DNA of 64,000 nt from Hydrolagus colliei (Eukaryota), in NCBI GenBank assembly GCA_035084275.1, contig CM068753.1:1736001-1800000 (forward strand). Reading direction: 5' to 3'. Below, piece by piece: positions 1 through 34,145 of this stretch. The first letter of the stretch is position 1; each line of letters starts with the position of its first letter. Made by a program: the position numbers and the translations under genes. Under the pieces are notes generated by a model. That model did not search any database, was not told where the DNA came from, and worked only from the letters and a program-made list of their open reading frames with translations.

Positions 1-1728
1 TTTGTATAAAAGATCGCCGGCTTTACCTAATGTTTCCAGCAGATCGTCCAGCTCGTGATTAGTGATTGGAATTTGAGCCTGTTTAACAAAATAAAATAAT
101 AATAATAATGCTAATAATAATCCTTTGCATTTGCATTTGCAGTACAGCGCTATATCACATCATTGAGACCTCTTTCAAACCGTACCGTAAAAGGATGGTG
201 TATTTGGTGGGTGAAACGCGGCAGCCAATTGCACGCAGTAGCATCCTCACCAACAACCGTGGATTGAGTTACTAAATTATTAATATGTGAAAGGATTATT
301 ACCACCGGAAAAGCAATCTGCCAATGGACAACCGGGATCCTACTTACTGCTAGGAAGCAGAGACGTGTGTGTGTGTGTGTGGTGTGTGTGTATGTGGCGT
401 AAAGAAACTTGCCCAACGTTTTGACCTGCCCGGGAATCGAACCCGGGTCCTCTCGCTTGTTTGTGAGGCGAGCGCTCTTGCTAAATAACCACTGAGCTAC
501 AGGGACTGTACCTTCGTAATGACCTCTTGAAGGTTACTTTTCGATAGCTTCCATCTTTTCTCTTTGTCGGTACTTTTGAAGAAATCGAGCAATCGCAGTC
601 TGTGTTTGTTCAGGTGCTGCTGTAGCAGCATGATCGCCTTCGGACTGGGTCTCAGAACCAATGGAACAGTCGGACTGATTTTTGCGCGCCGTATTGGTTC
701 AGTATACATCAGACTCTGGAGAAATAACGGAAGAATAATAATATTAATAATCCTTGTGTTTGATATAGCGGCTTGTCACGTCTTCTAGACTGTGTCTCAA
801 AAGCGCTTCACAAAGGCGTATTAAACGCGGCAGCCAAATTGCGCACAGCAGCGTCCCCCACAAACAGTCGTGGATTGAAAATGACCAATTTTATTATAGA
901 TTTTTTTGTTTTGGTGGGATTATTATTAGGCGTTTGTGTGTGTGTGTGTGTGTGGAGTAAGGAAACTTTCCCAAGGTTTCGCTCTGGACCTGCCTGGATT
1001 CGAACACAGGTCTCCCGCTTGTAAGGCGAGCGCTCTAACCCACTGAGCTGCAGGACTCCCCAAGTGAGGATTTCATTGCATCCTTTCATTGAATTATTCA
1101 ATCGCAATGTCCTCCCCTGTGCCAGGGGGAGGGAGGGAGAGGGAAGGTGGGAGCAAGTGAGGGAGGTTAGGAGCGAGGGAGAGAAGTGACCGTAAGCAAG
1201 AGGTCAAAACAGAAGGTCATTAGGGTGGGATTTGAAAACGGGAAGGGCAGGAAAAGCCGAAAGCTAAAAAAAAACTACCCTTACCCTCGCCAACCTAGCT
1301 TTCTCTTCTCGGATCCTTTCTTCCTCCTCCAGTATCATTTCCAACACATGTGCCTCCGTATCAGTCATGTCGATTTTATTCTCCAACCAGTATTTCAAGG
1401 AGTCGATGAGCTTCAGCTCTCGCCTCATCTTCTTTCTCTTCTGCATCCACTTGGTGTACTCGTCCTCGATCTCTTTGTTCTTCTCTTGCAGGAGCTCTTT
1501 CTGTCCCTTCTCCGCCTGCTCTTTCGCAGCCAGCTCAATGGTTTTCAGGTGGAGCGAGTGGGTCAAAGCCGAACTCAAAGGGGCGGCGATGAATCGCCTG
1601 ACTCTTAACTTGGCGGGGCCAAAGCACTTCTGGGCCATGCGGAAATAGTGAGTCTTATGCAAATCCCTTTGCGGGTATCTCTCCAGCTGTTGAGCGATAC
1701 TCACCGCTTGTTCTTCCATTTGAAACAT
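1..1728 (-). CDS. EFCAB12: EF-hand calcium-binding domain protein 12, 5' part (continues beyond the left edge)
   Basis: Exons 1728-1285, 715-512 and 78-<1 splice in frame at GT-AG sites. KWMQKRKKMRREL..KYWLENKIDMTDTEAHVLEMILEEE and IPITNHELDDLL resemble human EFCAB12 ([48 protein letters not shown]). Syntenic next to MBD4. Confidence 0.85.
110..505 (-). mobile_element. tRNA-derived SINE (long subfamily), fills most of EFCAB12 intron 2
   Basis: Minus strand: A box TAGCTCAGTGG, B box GGTTCGATTCC, (CA)n, body AATTGGCTGCCGCGTTTC, tail GCGCTGTA..AAATGCAAAGGATTATT. It begins about 6 nt after the exon donor. Confidence 0.85.
735..1060 (-). mobile_element. tRNA-derived SINE (DeuSINE-like 3' body)
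   Basis: A/B boxes, anticodon-like stem with loop CTTACAA, internal (CA)n, GCTGTGCGCAATTTGGCTGCCGCG core, (TTA)n tail. Confidence 0.85.
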
Positions 1729-2652
1729 GCCGCCTTTTTATTCCTTGCTTCCCACCCCTACCCCGAGCGTTCGGAAGGTCGTTAAAAAGTCAAGCTACGT
1801 TACGTTAAAGAGTCAGAAAGTAGCTACTGTTACATTTCCAGCCAATCGATGCGGGGGATGGATGATCTGAACGGATTGAAAATTACATCTCCCCCCCTAC
1901 CTACCTCCCCTACCCACCACAAAAAGATGATTATTATATTATTATATTTCCAAGAATGACTTGTATCGAGGATGGCTTGTTACCAGGCTTGCAAACTCCA
2001 GCAACCATCAACCACAGGAGTTCAAAGAATGGTCTGACATCAGACACTGATTCCCTTGGCAACAGGAATGTTGTCAGCATTGGAGGTTGCGTTCCGCCCT
2101 TCGTCACTGATTTACCAGCGGTGAAGTGTTTGGCCTCGTTGGTTTCAGGTCCATCAAACACACAGCACTGACTTCTGGGCCTGACTATAAATGATCACCC
2201 TAAACCCACGATATGCTGTGGGTCGTTTATACTTAATTTCAGAGAAGCCATCTGCCAATCAACCAATCACCAGGTTACCACTCACTGCTAAGGTAAACGG
2301 AAGTGTGTTTGGAGTAAGGAAACTTGCCTAATGTTTCACCCCGCCTGGGAATCAAGCTCAAGGCCCCCTCTCGCTTGCGAGGCGAGTGCTCTAACCACTG
2401 AGCTGCAGGAGTTCACTGGGTTCTGTACCAAGGCAGGTCAGATTCAATCTGAGGTGAAGGCAACCAACGTAATGTTATGAGAACATTCTCAAAAGGTCCT
2501 GGAAACTCATACTCTTGGGATTTCTTTTCTGATCAGCCACGTGCACGGGTAAACTAATCACCATATCCCAGAGTCTCCCAATGAAAACTAGTCATCGATA
2601 ATCTCCATAAGAGTCTCATAAAACACCTTTTGTCAACTTTACCATCATAACA

Positions 2653-2658
2653 TTTATT
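2653..2658 (-). terminator. Candidate MBD4 polyadenylation signal AATAAA
   Basis: TTTATT on + about 560 nt past the MBD4 stop, preceded by TGTA-rich UTR-like sequence on the minus strand. Confidence 0.5.
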
Positions 2659-3220
2659 TAACATTTCAACAAAGTATAAAATTAAAAATACTGTACAAGC
2701 CATTCCATTCCTACTGTACAAACACACACATACAACATCATTTAAAAGTTTCTCACAAACTTAATTCCATTGTAGGACAAGTTGTGAGCAGTTTGAGGGA
2801 AAGGTTATCGCTTGGGTATGTTGCCTCCCAAATTCTGTATCTCACCTGGCGAGATAACAAGCTGTATATCACAGTGTATTTGAGTCCATTCATAATGTAT
2901 AATAAAAACTGTACAAGTAAAAAAACATTTTTTGTAAAACTATTGCGTGTATTTCATGATATCAAACTGAGAACAGACTGAATTGTATGCAGCGATATAC
3001 TGTAATTTGCATTCAAAATCATACCGGCCATCTTCAACCATCAGTTGGCGAATTGTATATTGAAGCGTTGTGGGATTAATTGAGCAGTTTATTAAGTGGG
3101 TTTATGTCTGTGTTCACAGCAGCAACAAAGCTGGGCATCACATTTGAGAGATCGGTAACAGGAACCTGTGACTCTCCACTAACAGTGTACAATACACAGC
3201 GCCCAAGTAATGTCCTTTCG

Positions 3221-6200
3221 TCAAGTCAGACCAAGCTTCTCATGGTTCTCCCAAAGCCAAGACCAGTACTTGTTCAGTTTGTGATCTTGAGGCTGTACCT
3301 GGCAAATAAAACGAGAAACGTATATTGATTGATGAATGCTCTCGATATGACCATTTATCATAGGAAGGCAGGAATCGAGCGTTTGGCGCTGCATCTTACC
3401 TGCTTCCACTCCTTGACACAAAAAATCCGGTAGGAATCATTTCCGTACTTCCCAATGCCATGCAGTTCAATGGGGTATTTCCACGGTTTATTCAGGAACT
3501 CATCTAACGCCACAAAATAACAGGTAAATATTACAGGAAGATCTATGTATCACATCATTAAATTCTGTACAGTAGCATGGGAACAGGAGTGGTGGAAAAC
3601 AGACACTGTCCTATTTTACGCCTTTCAACACAGGGCTAACATTTCCACCGGTGGTCAGATCAAGATCAACAGAGGCTAGACGCTGCTGCTGTGCGCATAT
3701 TGGCTGCCGCGTTTCGTCCACAAGATACACGGTCAATTAACTTTACAGTATATTCTGTGAAGTGCTTTATAATGGTGGTAAGTCACTCAATCAAATGCAA
3801 GAATTACGATTTAAAAAAAATAATAATTATTATTATTGTGGGAACATATCCCACGTTACAGACCGAACTCGACGACAGATAACGCCAAAAAGTGATACCA
3901 GAAAATTTGACGATAGCTTTGGCTCTCAGTTCGTTTAGGCCGAGTGGTTTCATCAGCTCTGCGATCTCCTTCCAATCAGTTTCTCGGGCCACTTCAGCAC
4001 AAGGGTATCTGTCCAGGAACGACCACAGCATGGGAATGGCTTTTTTACCTGATATAACAACAACAATAAAATTATACTTACATATAAAATATATCACGTA
4101 TGTTATTTAAGGAAAGAAAAAAACTTCAACAACAACAAGAAATTGTATTTGTATTGCGTCAAATAATAATAATAATCCTTGCATTTTGATATAGCACTTT
4201 TCACGTCTTCTAGACGTCTCAAAGCGCTTCTCAGAATATACTGTAAAGTGAATTCACTGTATATTTGTGGCGAAACGCGGCAGCCAATTGCTCACAGCAG
4301 TGTCCCCCACACAAACAGTCGCGGATTGATATGACCAATTTTTCATTATAGGTTATTATTAGATGTGTGTGTGTGTGTGTGTGGAGTAAAGAAACTTGCC
4401 CAAGGTTTCACCCTGAACTGCCTGGATTCGAAACACAGGTCTCACGTTTGTAAGGCAAGCGCTCTAACCCACCGAGCTACACTGTACTTTCTCATGCCTT
4501 CGCTCACATCTACAAACTCACACCAACCTACCAGAGGTTTTCTGGAGGAACATGGTTGCCATAAGGAGCTTCCACGGATCATGAAAAAGTGTCTCTTGCA
4601 CCAGGTCGAATGGAGATCGAGGAGGCGTCCACTTACTGAACACTTTCCGCCGCGGAGGACTCGGAGCTGCAGAAATCCACCAAAACATCGTTTCACTTGA
4701 CAGCCCGATTCCACAGCTGTAACAAATTGCAATTTGGGCAGGAAAAAGAGATGATGTCTGTTACCTCCTTTGGAAGATTTCCTGGAAAAGTAAGGGCTGG
4801 TTTTCCTTCCGTCAGACGTTGCTCTTGGATGATGAGGATTGTCTGTTTCAATTTAAAAAAAACACCAAGTAAGCCACAGCTTAAGGTGAAATCAGTTTAC
4901 AAAGAATGTACAGTGCGGAGACAAGGCCTAACCTGCGCGTGCCAGTAGCAAAGAGTTCAATGAGATTTCTAAATTCTAGTTGAAAATCACATTGCATCCG
5001 AAAAGTACATTGCTTTTACATTATTATCTGTTTGTGTGTGTGTCGGGGGGGGGGGGGGGGCATGAGATGGAGCCCCCCCCCATCTCACCCATCTATTGGG
5101 TTATAAAGGGTTCTGCTAATGTTGCTCTCATCTCAACGTTTCGCCCACAAAATACAAGAGATTTTGAAATGAGAACGAAAAGACCTCACTTGCAATAATT
5201 AGAATTAACAATGAACTATGACTGTACGTAATACCTTGGGTTTTCAGTGACGTGAAAGTGTTGCCATCCGAATGACATGTCTGGATCCTATTGCCCGAGT
5301 CTTCAGAATTAGCCTCGGATTTGGATAAATCTGTTTCCGCATGAGGTACGTTTGGTGTTGATTGGGATTGTGTCCCAGCGTGCGTTACCTCAGGCAATAG
5401 CATGGCAGTGGAAGCATCCTTCTGACTGATGTGTGCTAGATCCCTGATCAATTCAGACGTTTCCAACACAGACGGTTTAATGTCTTCCACCGTTTGTAAT
5501 TCTGGTGTGTGCGTCGTTCCAGACAACTCCTGCTTTGAAGGCTTCTTTCTTCCTTCTGCTTCCTCTTTTTTGGACCTTTCCCTGGTCGGTGTCTTCTCAG
5601 CTTTCAAGCAGCGTTTTCGTTGTGTGGGCGGTGTCTCCCTCTGTCCAGTTGAAAGAGGCTTTCTCTGCCTGCTGTTTGAAGCCGACTCCCTTCTGCACTT
5701 GGTTCCGAGCCTGCCGAGGACTTGCTTTCCCGTACCTTCCTCGGATTTCTTGTTTGAAGTGCCTCTAACTCTTGCACACCTCTGTCTTTTAACCGTTTGG
5801 GATATTGTCTCGCTCGCAGACTTCTCCAAAGTATCTCCTATCTCTTGCCTTGGGACCTGTGCTGGAGCTGATGGAACACTTAAAATTAGTTCACTGACAA
5901 CGTACGCAGACGAGCGAGTTACCAGTTTCTGAAGAGATTATCTCTCTACCTGATGCCTGGTTAGCCGCAGTTCTAGAAGCTTTCCGAGTTTTGCCTTGGC
6001 CAGGGATAACACAATTGGTTGCAATTTCATCTCCATTAGATTGTTGAAAATAATTTGCAAGTTCCTTAGAAGATCGAAATCTCTTTCCCTGGGGACTAAA
6101 TAAGAGATATTTCTTAGAAACAGAAATATTATTTAACAGTCTTTTCAATGTGCTAACAAACTGATACTGTAAAGGCCAAGTTATTGAGGTACATGACTCA

Positions 6201-6787
6201 TAAAACTCTGAGGTGGCTATTAAATTTCCCACCTCGCTCGACAGTTAATTAACAAAAATAGGTTGAAATTTATCTCTCTGATCCATTTATTGCAATATAT
6301 TTCAAGTCTTTTCACATATGGCTGCTTATTTGACTGAGAAGTTAATCATTCCGAGATGGAATGATATTCTTGCTACCTTGTGTAGTTGGAAACTGTCTGG
6401 ATTGATAAGAAATAATCCTTGCATTTAATATATTATGTCTCAAAGTTCTTCCCAGAATATATTATAAAATGAACTGACAGTGTATTTGGTACCTCACCTT
6501 ATAACGTAAACGTCGTTTTTTCCTGCTGACTTCCCGGTTTTTCTTTCTTTTACGATTGTCTGCCATCCTGCTGGGAGCTCGAGGTGATAATGTAGAGGTG
6601 CTTTCGAAGCCAAAGTCTGACTAACAAGTCCATCTTTGGCTAATGCGAAGTTTGTGCTTGCTCGGTCTGCCGATTGAGATTTCGATCCAGTTTCCTTTGC
6701 CAATTCCCCCCGGAGGCAGTGTTCGCCTTCAACATTACCAGGAGTAAATTCCATCATGCTTAATGCCAACTTGTTAAATGTCCCCAT
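3221..6787 (-). CDS. MBD4: Methyl-CpG-binding domain protein 4, G/T mismatch DNA glycosylase (frame break in the large exon, see findings)
   Basis: Exons 6789-6498 (first in-frame ATG 6787; an upstream exon was not located), 6095-5235, 4842-4765, 4666-4532, 4048-3899, 3503-3400, 3298-3221. MBD: [35 protein letters not shown]. HhH glycosylase: [41 protein letters not shown], and QDHKLNKY with the catalytic Asp. Confidence 0.93.
4165..4482 (-). mobile_element. tRNA-derived SINE, near full length, in MBD4 intron
   Basis: A/B boxes, (CA)n, conserved body and hairpin tail with (TTA)n. Confidence 0.85.
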
Positions 6788-8310
6788 CACTGAAAGTGGT
6801 ACATAAAAAGTGTATCTGTGTTGTATTTGGTGGACGAACTTTGAATAAATTCAAACTGCTGAGTCCCGTAGCTCAGTGGTTGTGAACGGAGCTTTACAAA
6901 TGTAATCTGGTTTGTTGTAGATCACTCACCACGCAAATGAGAGGACCCGGGTTCGATTCCCAGGCCAGGTGCAAAACGTTGAGGCAAATTTTGATTGCTC
7001 AACAGACACACTGACACGCAATAGACACACTGTTAATGGGTACGTTTACCTATAATAATATAGCAGCGAGTAGGGAAGCCGGTTGTTAAGTCGTTTGGGG
7101 GGGAATCCCTTTTCTGTGTGTGTGGGTGGGTGGGAGGGTGGTCGTGGGGGGTGGGTAATCATGATTCGGTCATTCGACCCACAGCCGCTTGTGGCGACGT
7201 CGCTGTGCGCAATCAGCTGCCGCGTTCCACCCACAAAACCCACGCGGTCACTCCCACTTTACAGCGCGCCCCGCGAAGCGCCTGGAGGCGCTCTCAAAGG
7301 CGTGACGAGGCCCCGCGTCGCCCGCAAGTATTGTTACATCATTACTGCCATTATCACTGGGATTGTTACGCGGATCTACAGATGCCGTGTCAAAGTTTTG
7401 ACTGAAAAATTAAAAGCCAAATACATCCGAGTTGGTGTCCAGTTGTTTGCGCAGTCCCTGTGGCTCAGCGGTTACAGCCCTGGCCTAATACTCAGCCCTC
7501 AAAAAACAAAACACAAAACACAATAATAATAAAATTGCTCATTTCAACCCACGACTGTGTGTGTGTGTGTGTGAGAGAGGGAGGGGAGGGAACGCTGCTA
7601 TGCGCAATCGGCTGCCGCGTTGCGCCCACAAACTACACAGTCACTTCGCTTTTACAGTGTGTTCTCTGAAGCGCTTTGAGACACGGTCTAGAAGATTATT
7701 CTGACGACGATCATCATGTGGGCGCCGCCATCTTGGAAGGGGGAGGAGCAGACGTAAATCCCGCGCATGCGGAGTAGCCTCCCGGCTTGGGAGAGGGAGG
7801 GAGTCAAATCACGCGAGATGTCACTGGCCTCCACCCAGGGAGGGGAGTGAAGGGCGGGGGCGGGGCTTGAGGGGGGAGGGCGGGCGGGGCTAGAAAAGCG
7901 TTGTGAGGATGGGAGAGGGCGGGGACTGGGATTAGTGGTGGGTGGGGGGGGAAAGGGCGGGGCCTGGTCACTGGAGGGGCGGGACTAAAGGGGAGGGAGC
8001 CTAATGAGGATGGGTGGTGGGCGGGGCTTTGGCAAGAAGGGGGCGGGGTTATTGTGAAGGTTTGGAGGAGGGGCGGCGGCGGCGGCGGCGGGGTCTTGAG
8101 AAAACCACAAGTGCGCACGCGCCTCCCAACACCCCCCCCCCCCCCCCCCCCCCCTCGAGCCCTCACGCGAGCTGTCAATCAATCCCTCCCGCCCTCCCTC
8201 CCGCCCACTCAGGCCTAAATCAGAGTTCAGTCAGAGTCGGCGGGGGAATGCAGTGAGAGTCCGGTGCGGTTTCGCCCCGTGTTGAGGGGGGAGAGTATCC
8301 TCACAGAGCC

Positions 8311-29379
<21,069 letters not shown>

Positions 29380-29691
29380 CCAGCCATGTACGGCTTTAGG
29401 AAAAGTGCCTTCTTAACCTTTCCTTGCGCCGGGTGCTCGGGGTGAAAGTCTCGGCCTGTCAGGGGCGAGGTGGGGGGTGGTGGTGGGGAATCTGTTTTGC
29501 AGCGCGGACAGTTCGTAACCAGCGGTTCACCGTGTGGGAGGCTACTCGTGGTTATAGTGGCGAGATCCAGGGCCTTCCGCTAAGACTTTGTGAAGTGAAC
29601 CTTGTTACTTCACGTTGTCCTCTTTTCCAACGTGTTGCATTTTACAAAACACATCCAAAATTGTTACGATAAACGCAAGGGCCAATACAGC

Positions 29692-29697
29692 AATAAA
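29692..29697 (+). terminator. Candidate IFT122 proximal polyA signal
   Basis: AATAAA about 310 nt after the stop codon. Confidence 0.45.
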
Positions 29698-31894
29698 GAG
29701 CATTGACTACATTCTGGGTTCAGGGAGGAGGGGAGAGAGGAAGGGATGGATGGTGGAATTAGTTGAATAAAACTAGCAAATATATATCTATAAGTAATCT
29801 AACACACATGATACATAGAAATGTAGAGAGAATTTATCCAAGCCAACTTCTACTGTGTGCTCTCTTCCACAATGTTAGCGTCACTCTCTCTCTCTCTCTC
29901 GCGCGCTCTTTCGTTACTGATCGATGTGGGTCATGTTTTCACCGTTCTCTATTTCAGCGTTTGTAGCTGTTTTGTGTCTGCTCCCCACCATACTCGGTAG
30001 TTTCACGGGGTCGGCTACTAAGCAAGTACGTGTGTTGCCCAACGACTGATAACTTTTTAGACTTACCCAAACTGTTTCATTCCAATAATACATTTCCTCC
30101 CTCATCATTCACAGGGTATGGAAAGTTGAAGTATTTTTTAAAAATCTTTACGGTTTTCTGCCTCTTCAAAAAAAAAAAATTGCCATCTATTTTACAGCAA
30201 CGTTTACATCAACAAATACGTGCTTTTATATAGCGCTTTCCAACCAGGTTAGGGTATGAAATCATACTTGCTGTGAGTATGTGTGGGAACCTCAATCCTA
30301 TACTGATGCAGTTTAAGCAATGTTTCCACATGTTTCCAGTACATGTTTCCAATGTTTCCACAAGAGTCCTGAACCGCAAGCTGATATTCATGTATAATAA
30401 GAGTCCAGATACTGTGCATTTTTATCCATCGTTTGTTGAATTTTTAATTCCACTGTGAAACAGGAGTTGAAATATTTCAGGGAGAAAACTCTAAAGTATA
30501 ATTTATTAGTTATGTACTCTTCCCAGATAACAGTTTTTTTTTCCAGTGCTGAGTTCCAGTTTAGTCCTGAGTTCTCTCAACTGCAGAATATCTGAATGAT
30601 TTAAACATTACGACACACATATTTCAATGTATTTTGATAGTAATCAGTTAGATTATTCAAATGTGGGGGTGGGGGTGGGGGGTACAAGAGATTTGGTAAG
30701 TGGAAAAGTAAAAACTGCAAGGCTAAGGATCCATTCATGTTTTAGTGCATAAAGCTTTTTTGTTGGCACACAAGTTTCCGTCTCGGAGGCAAGCAAACAC
30801 ATCCACTTAACTTTCCACTGTGCCACCATTCATTCCCAACAATGCCATCCCTCCAAAAGGTTCCGTTGTTCAAAATTGATGCTAATCAGAAAGAGAAAGT
30901 TTTGGGCCCTAATGATATATCAGATTAACAGTGCCTCTCAGCGAGGTGCATAAATCAATCAAATTATGTCAGGAAAAAAAAACTTTGATTTTGATAGTGG
31001 CTTATCACGTCAAAATCTCAAACGTCCTTGGCAGGTAATTACTCTCCAGTGTGTTGGCTATTTTTAAGGCAAGCTTTGTGGGTAGGTTGCACAAACAGAC
31101 TGGAAGTTCAATGGCCGAGTTCAATGAACAATGGCAGATCTTTGGCCCAGGCAGACGCTTGTTAGAAAGTTCCTTCTCTTTTCAGATTGTGCCACAAGAT
31201 GTGAAGCATCTACCTCAACAGACCAACGTGACCTGGCTTAACCCTTTACCTGAAAGTTGTCAATGCAATAATTTCCCCAACCCCTAGTCCTGCATTACAC
31301 TGCGTCCCAAAACTTGCAGTCACTCAAAAATAGCCACAAGCTCGATACCGTCCTCAGACCAAGATGTCTATCCATGTCCAAAGATATAATTAACGACCTT
31401 TTAATTAGTTGCTGGCCATTGTTCAGTATATACATATAATATATAGGGTAGAGTTTATATTAAAAGATAATATCCATTTCAGCCTTATCCTTTTTGCACT
31501 GATGGGGATGCTGATGATAGAGTGCATTCCTTGGGTGGTACTGTGGTGATTATCAAGGCATAAACTACATGCTATGTATCTATCCTACGTGTATAAAATT
31601 TATCTAAAGTAGTTCACTATATTTATACGCCCTGTTTCGGGAATACATGTCCACTTTATATTTTAAAAAATATGTTTTTTTTCCTGTTGCTATTTTTGGT
31701 CCCAGGTGGCTTGCTTGACTTAGGAATGTTTTCAGCCTCGTGTATATAAAAGAAATAAAGGTTGGTTTTGTTTTAGTGACATTGTATTATTTACAATTTT
31801 CAGAAACAATATTCACAGTGGTGATCGTCTCATATTAGTTATTTTACACTTAGTGAGAGGGCTTGTTGCACCATTCCGAGAAGTTATAACAATA

Positions 31895-34145
31895 TAATAA
31901 TTCTTGCATTTGATATAGCGCTTTTCACATCTTCTAGACGTCTCAAAGCGCTTCACAGAATATACTATAAAGTGGATTGACTGTATATTTGTGGGCGAAA
32001 CGCAGCAGCCAATTGTGCACAGCAGTGTCCCCCACAAACAGTCGTAGGTTGAAATGATCGATTTATTATTAGTTTTTGAAGGATTATTATTAGGGGTGTG
32101 GAGTAAGGAAACTTGTCCAAGGTTTCACCCTGACCTGCGTGGAATTGAACCCAGGTCTCTCGCTTGCAAGGCGAGTGCTCAAATAGCAGTATTCCCGCTA
32201 TATCAAATGCAAGTATTATTATTAGTACGTAGTGAAGCCCAAGGTTCTCAACCAACCCTTTCACTTATGCCTGTTGAGTGATAAGTGTGACTGGAAAAAA
32301 TAATCTAAAAACTTCAAAGCAATCCACACCTCAACACCAGACTGATGCATTCTGTGAGGAAAACAATATACAGATCAAGGTGAAATAGGATCAGACTTTC
32401 TCCAAACAGATACTGGCTCTTAATCCCCTGTATAATCCTTAAAAAAAAACGAGGCTACATTCATGAGCAATCTGATCGTTCACAATTTAAAATTTCCACC
32501 CTCTCTCAAGTCATAATAATAATATAATAATATATAAATGAACAGGTTTGACGATGCACAGCTATTTTTAAAGGTACCACAAGATTATTTTCAAACGCCA
32601 CTTGGAACGCCAATATTCCAAACAATTGTAATAATGTAATAATACTTGCATTCGATATAGGGGCTTTTCACCTCTTATCGACGTCTCAAAGCGCTTCACA
32701 GGAAATACTGTAAAGTGAACTGACTATATTTGTGGCCGAAATAAACGGCGGACGTCACGTTATAACCTATCCACAAAGCTTCGCTACTTTCTAGGGCCAG
32801 TGATATGAGGACAATGATTGCTCGGAAGCACTATTAAAATAGCTTTGTAAAATCATGTAAGGCGAGCATTCGCCTTACAAGCATGAGAGACCTGTGTTCA
32901 AATCCAGGGAGGTCAGGGCGAAACCATGGGCAAATTCTCCTTACTCCACACACACGCACACACACACCTAATAATAATCCCTCAACATGAAAAAACCCGC
33001 AATAATAAGATTGGTCATTTTCAATCCACGGCCGTTTGGGTGGACACGCTCTGCTGTGCGCAATTGGCTGCCGCATTTCACCCACAAACATACAGTCAAT
33101 TCACTTGACAGTATATCCTTTGAGAAGTGCTTTGAGACGTCGATAAGATGTGAAAAGCCGCTATATCAAATGCAAGGATTATTATTATTATTATCATTAT
33201 CAAAAAGACCTAGTAACAGGAACGGACTTCTGAAACCCTACGCCTTTCCTCCCTGCCTGGTGCCTACAGATGACCTAGATGTCTCCAGATATGACTTTGA
33301 CTGTCACTTGCTTCATCAGCAGGCAGTTAGTTATAGTTAGTGTCTCGCTTAATTAGCTCTCAGCGCTGAGCATCGGATTATTTTACAAACTGCCTTTGCA
33401 CTAAAACCTTAATCGGGTCGGTCAATAACGCTTCTGTAGACCAGAGCAACTTTGTAAAATGGGGCAGCCACACCTTCATCTCGGGAGGAGAATTGCCCTC
33501 GACCGATTGTGGGGACACTGTTGCTGGCTGCTGCGTTTTGCCCACAAAATATACACGAGGTCAATTCACTTCGCAGTATAATCCACCATGTGCTTTCTGC
33601 AGATATTTGTGATAAGGCATGATAAATCATGAAATTAACGTGCTTTAATTAACAGACTTGCTTTGAACGAAGAATATTTATTCCGCACTTAATTTTTTTG
33701 GAAAAATTCTATATATTTATGTTTATTTTTCTGCTCATCATGTGAGGAGGAGGTGGGTGTCAGATCTGAGAAATAAATCTATACATTCTTAGCACTGAAT
33801 ATCACACCCAGCATTTCCCCGTACAGCATATTACAGGGAAAGGTATATAATGATAATAATAATAATCCTTGCATTTGATGTTGCGCTTTTTACGTGTTTC
33901 AGACGTCTCAAAGCGCTTCACAGAATATACTGTAAAGTGAATTGACTGTATATTTGTGGATGAAATACAGCAGCCAATTACGCACAGCAGTGTTCCAAAA
34001 ACAGTCATGGACTGAAATGACCAATTTAAAAAAATAATGTGGAGGGATTATTATTAGGTGTGTGTGTGAGAGAGAGAGAGAGAGTAAGGAAATTTGCCCA
34101 AGGTTTTGCCCTGACCTGGCTGGATTCGAACACAGATCTCACACT
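31895..34145. mobile_element. Cluster of SINE copies upstream of RHO (about 31895-32185 -, 32635-32740 -, 32870-33200 +, 33850-34145 -)
   Basis: Repeated family body and tails in both orientations. Confidence 0.8.

Noticed and set aside
3504-3898. MBD4 donor GTATCACTTT as a second U12 intron
   Set aside because: It mismatches GTATCCTT and there is no TCCTTAAC-like branch near the acceptor.
5429-5932. 167-aa plus-strand ORF
   Set aside because: Antisense shadow of the MBD4 large exon.
6863-6975. tRNA-like sequence with A and B boxes (and many similar heads)
   Set aside because: It continues into the SINE body, is interrupted and lacks an acceptor stem: a SINE head, not a tRNA gene.
7700-7731. 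ATGGCGGCG on the minus strand as the MBD4 start codon
   Set aside because: It reads MAAPT then stops; better explained as a YY1 site or uORF.
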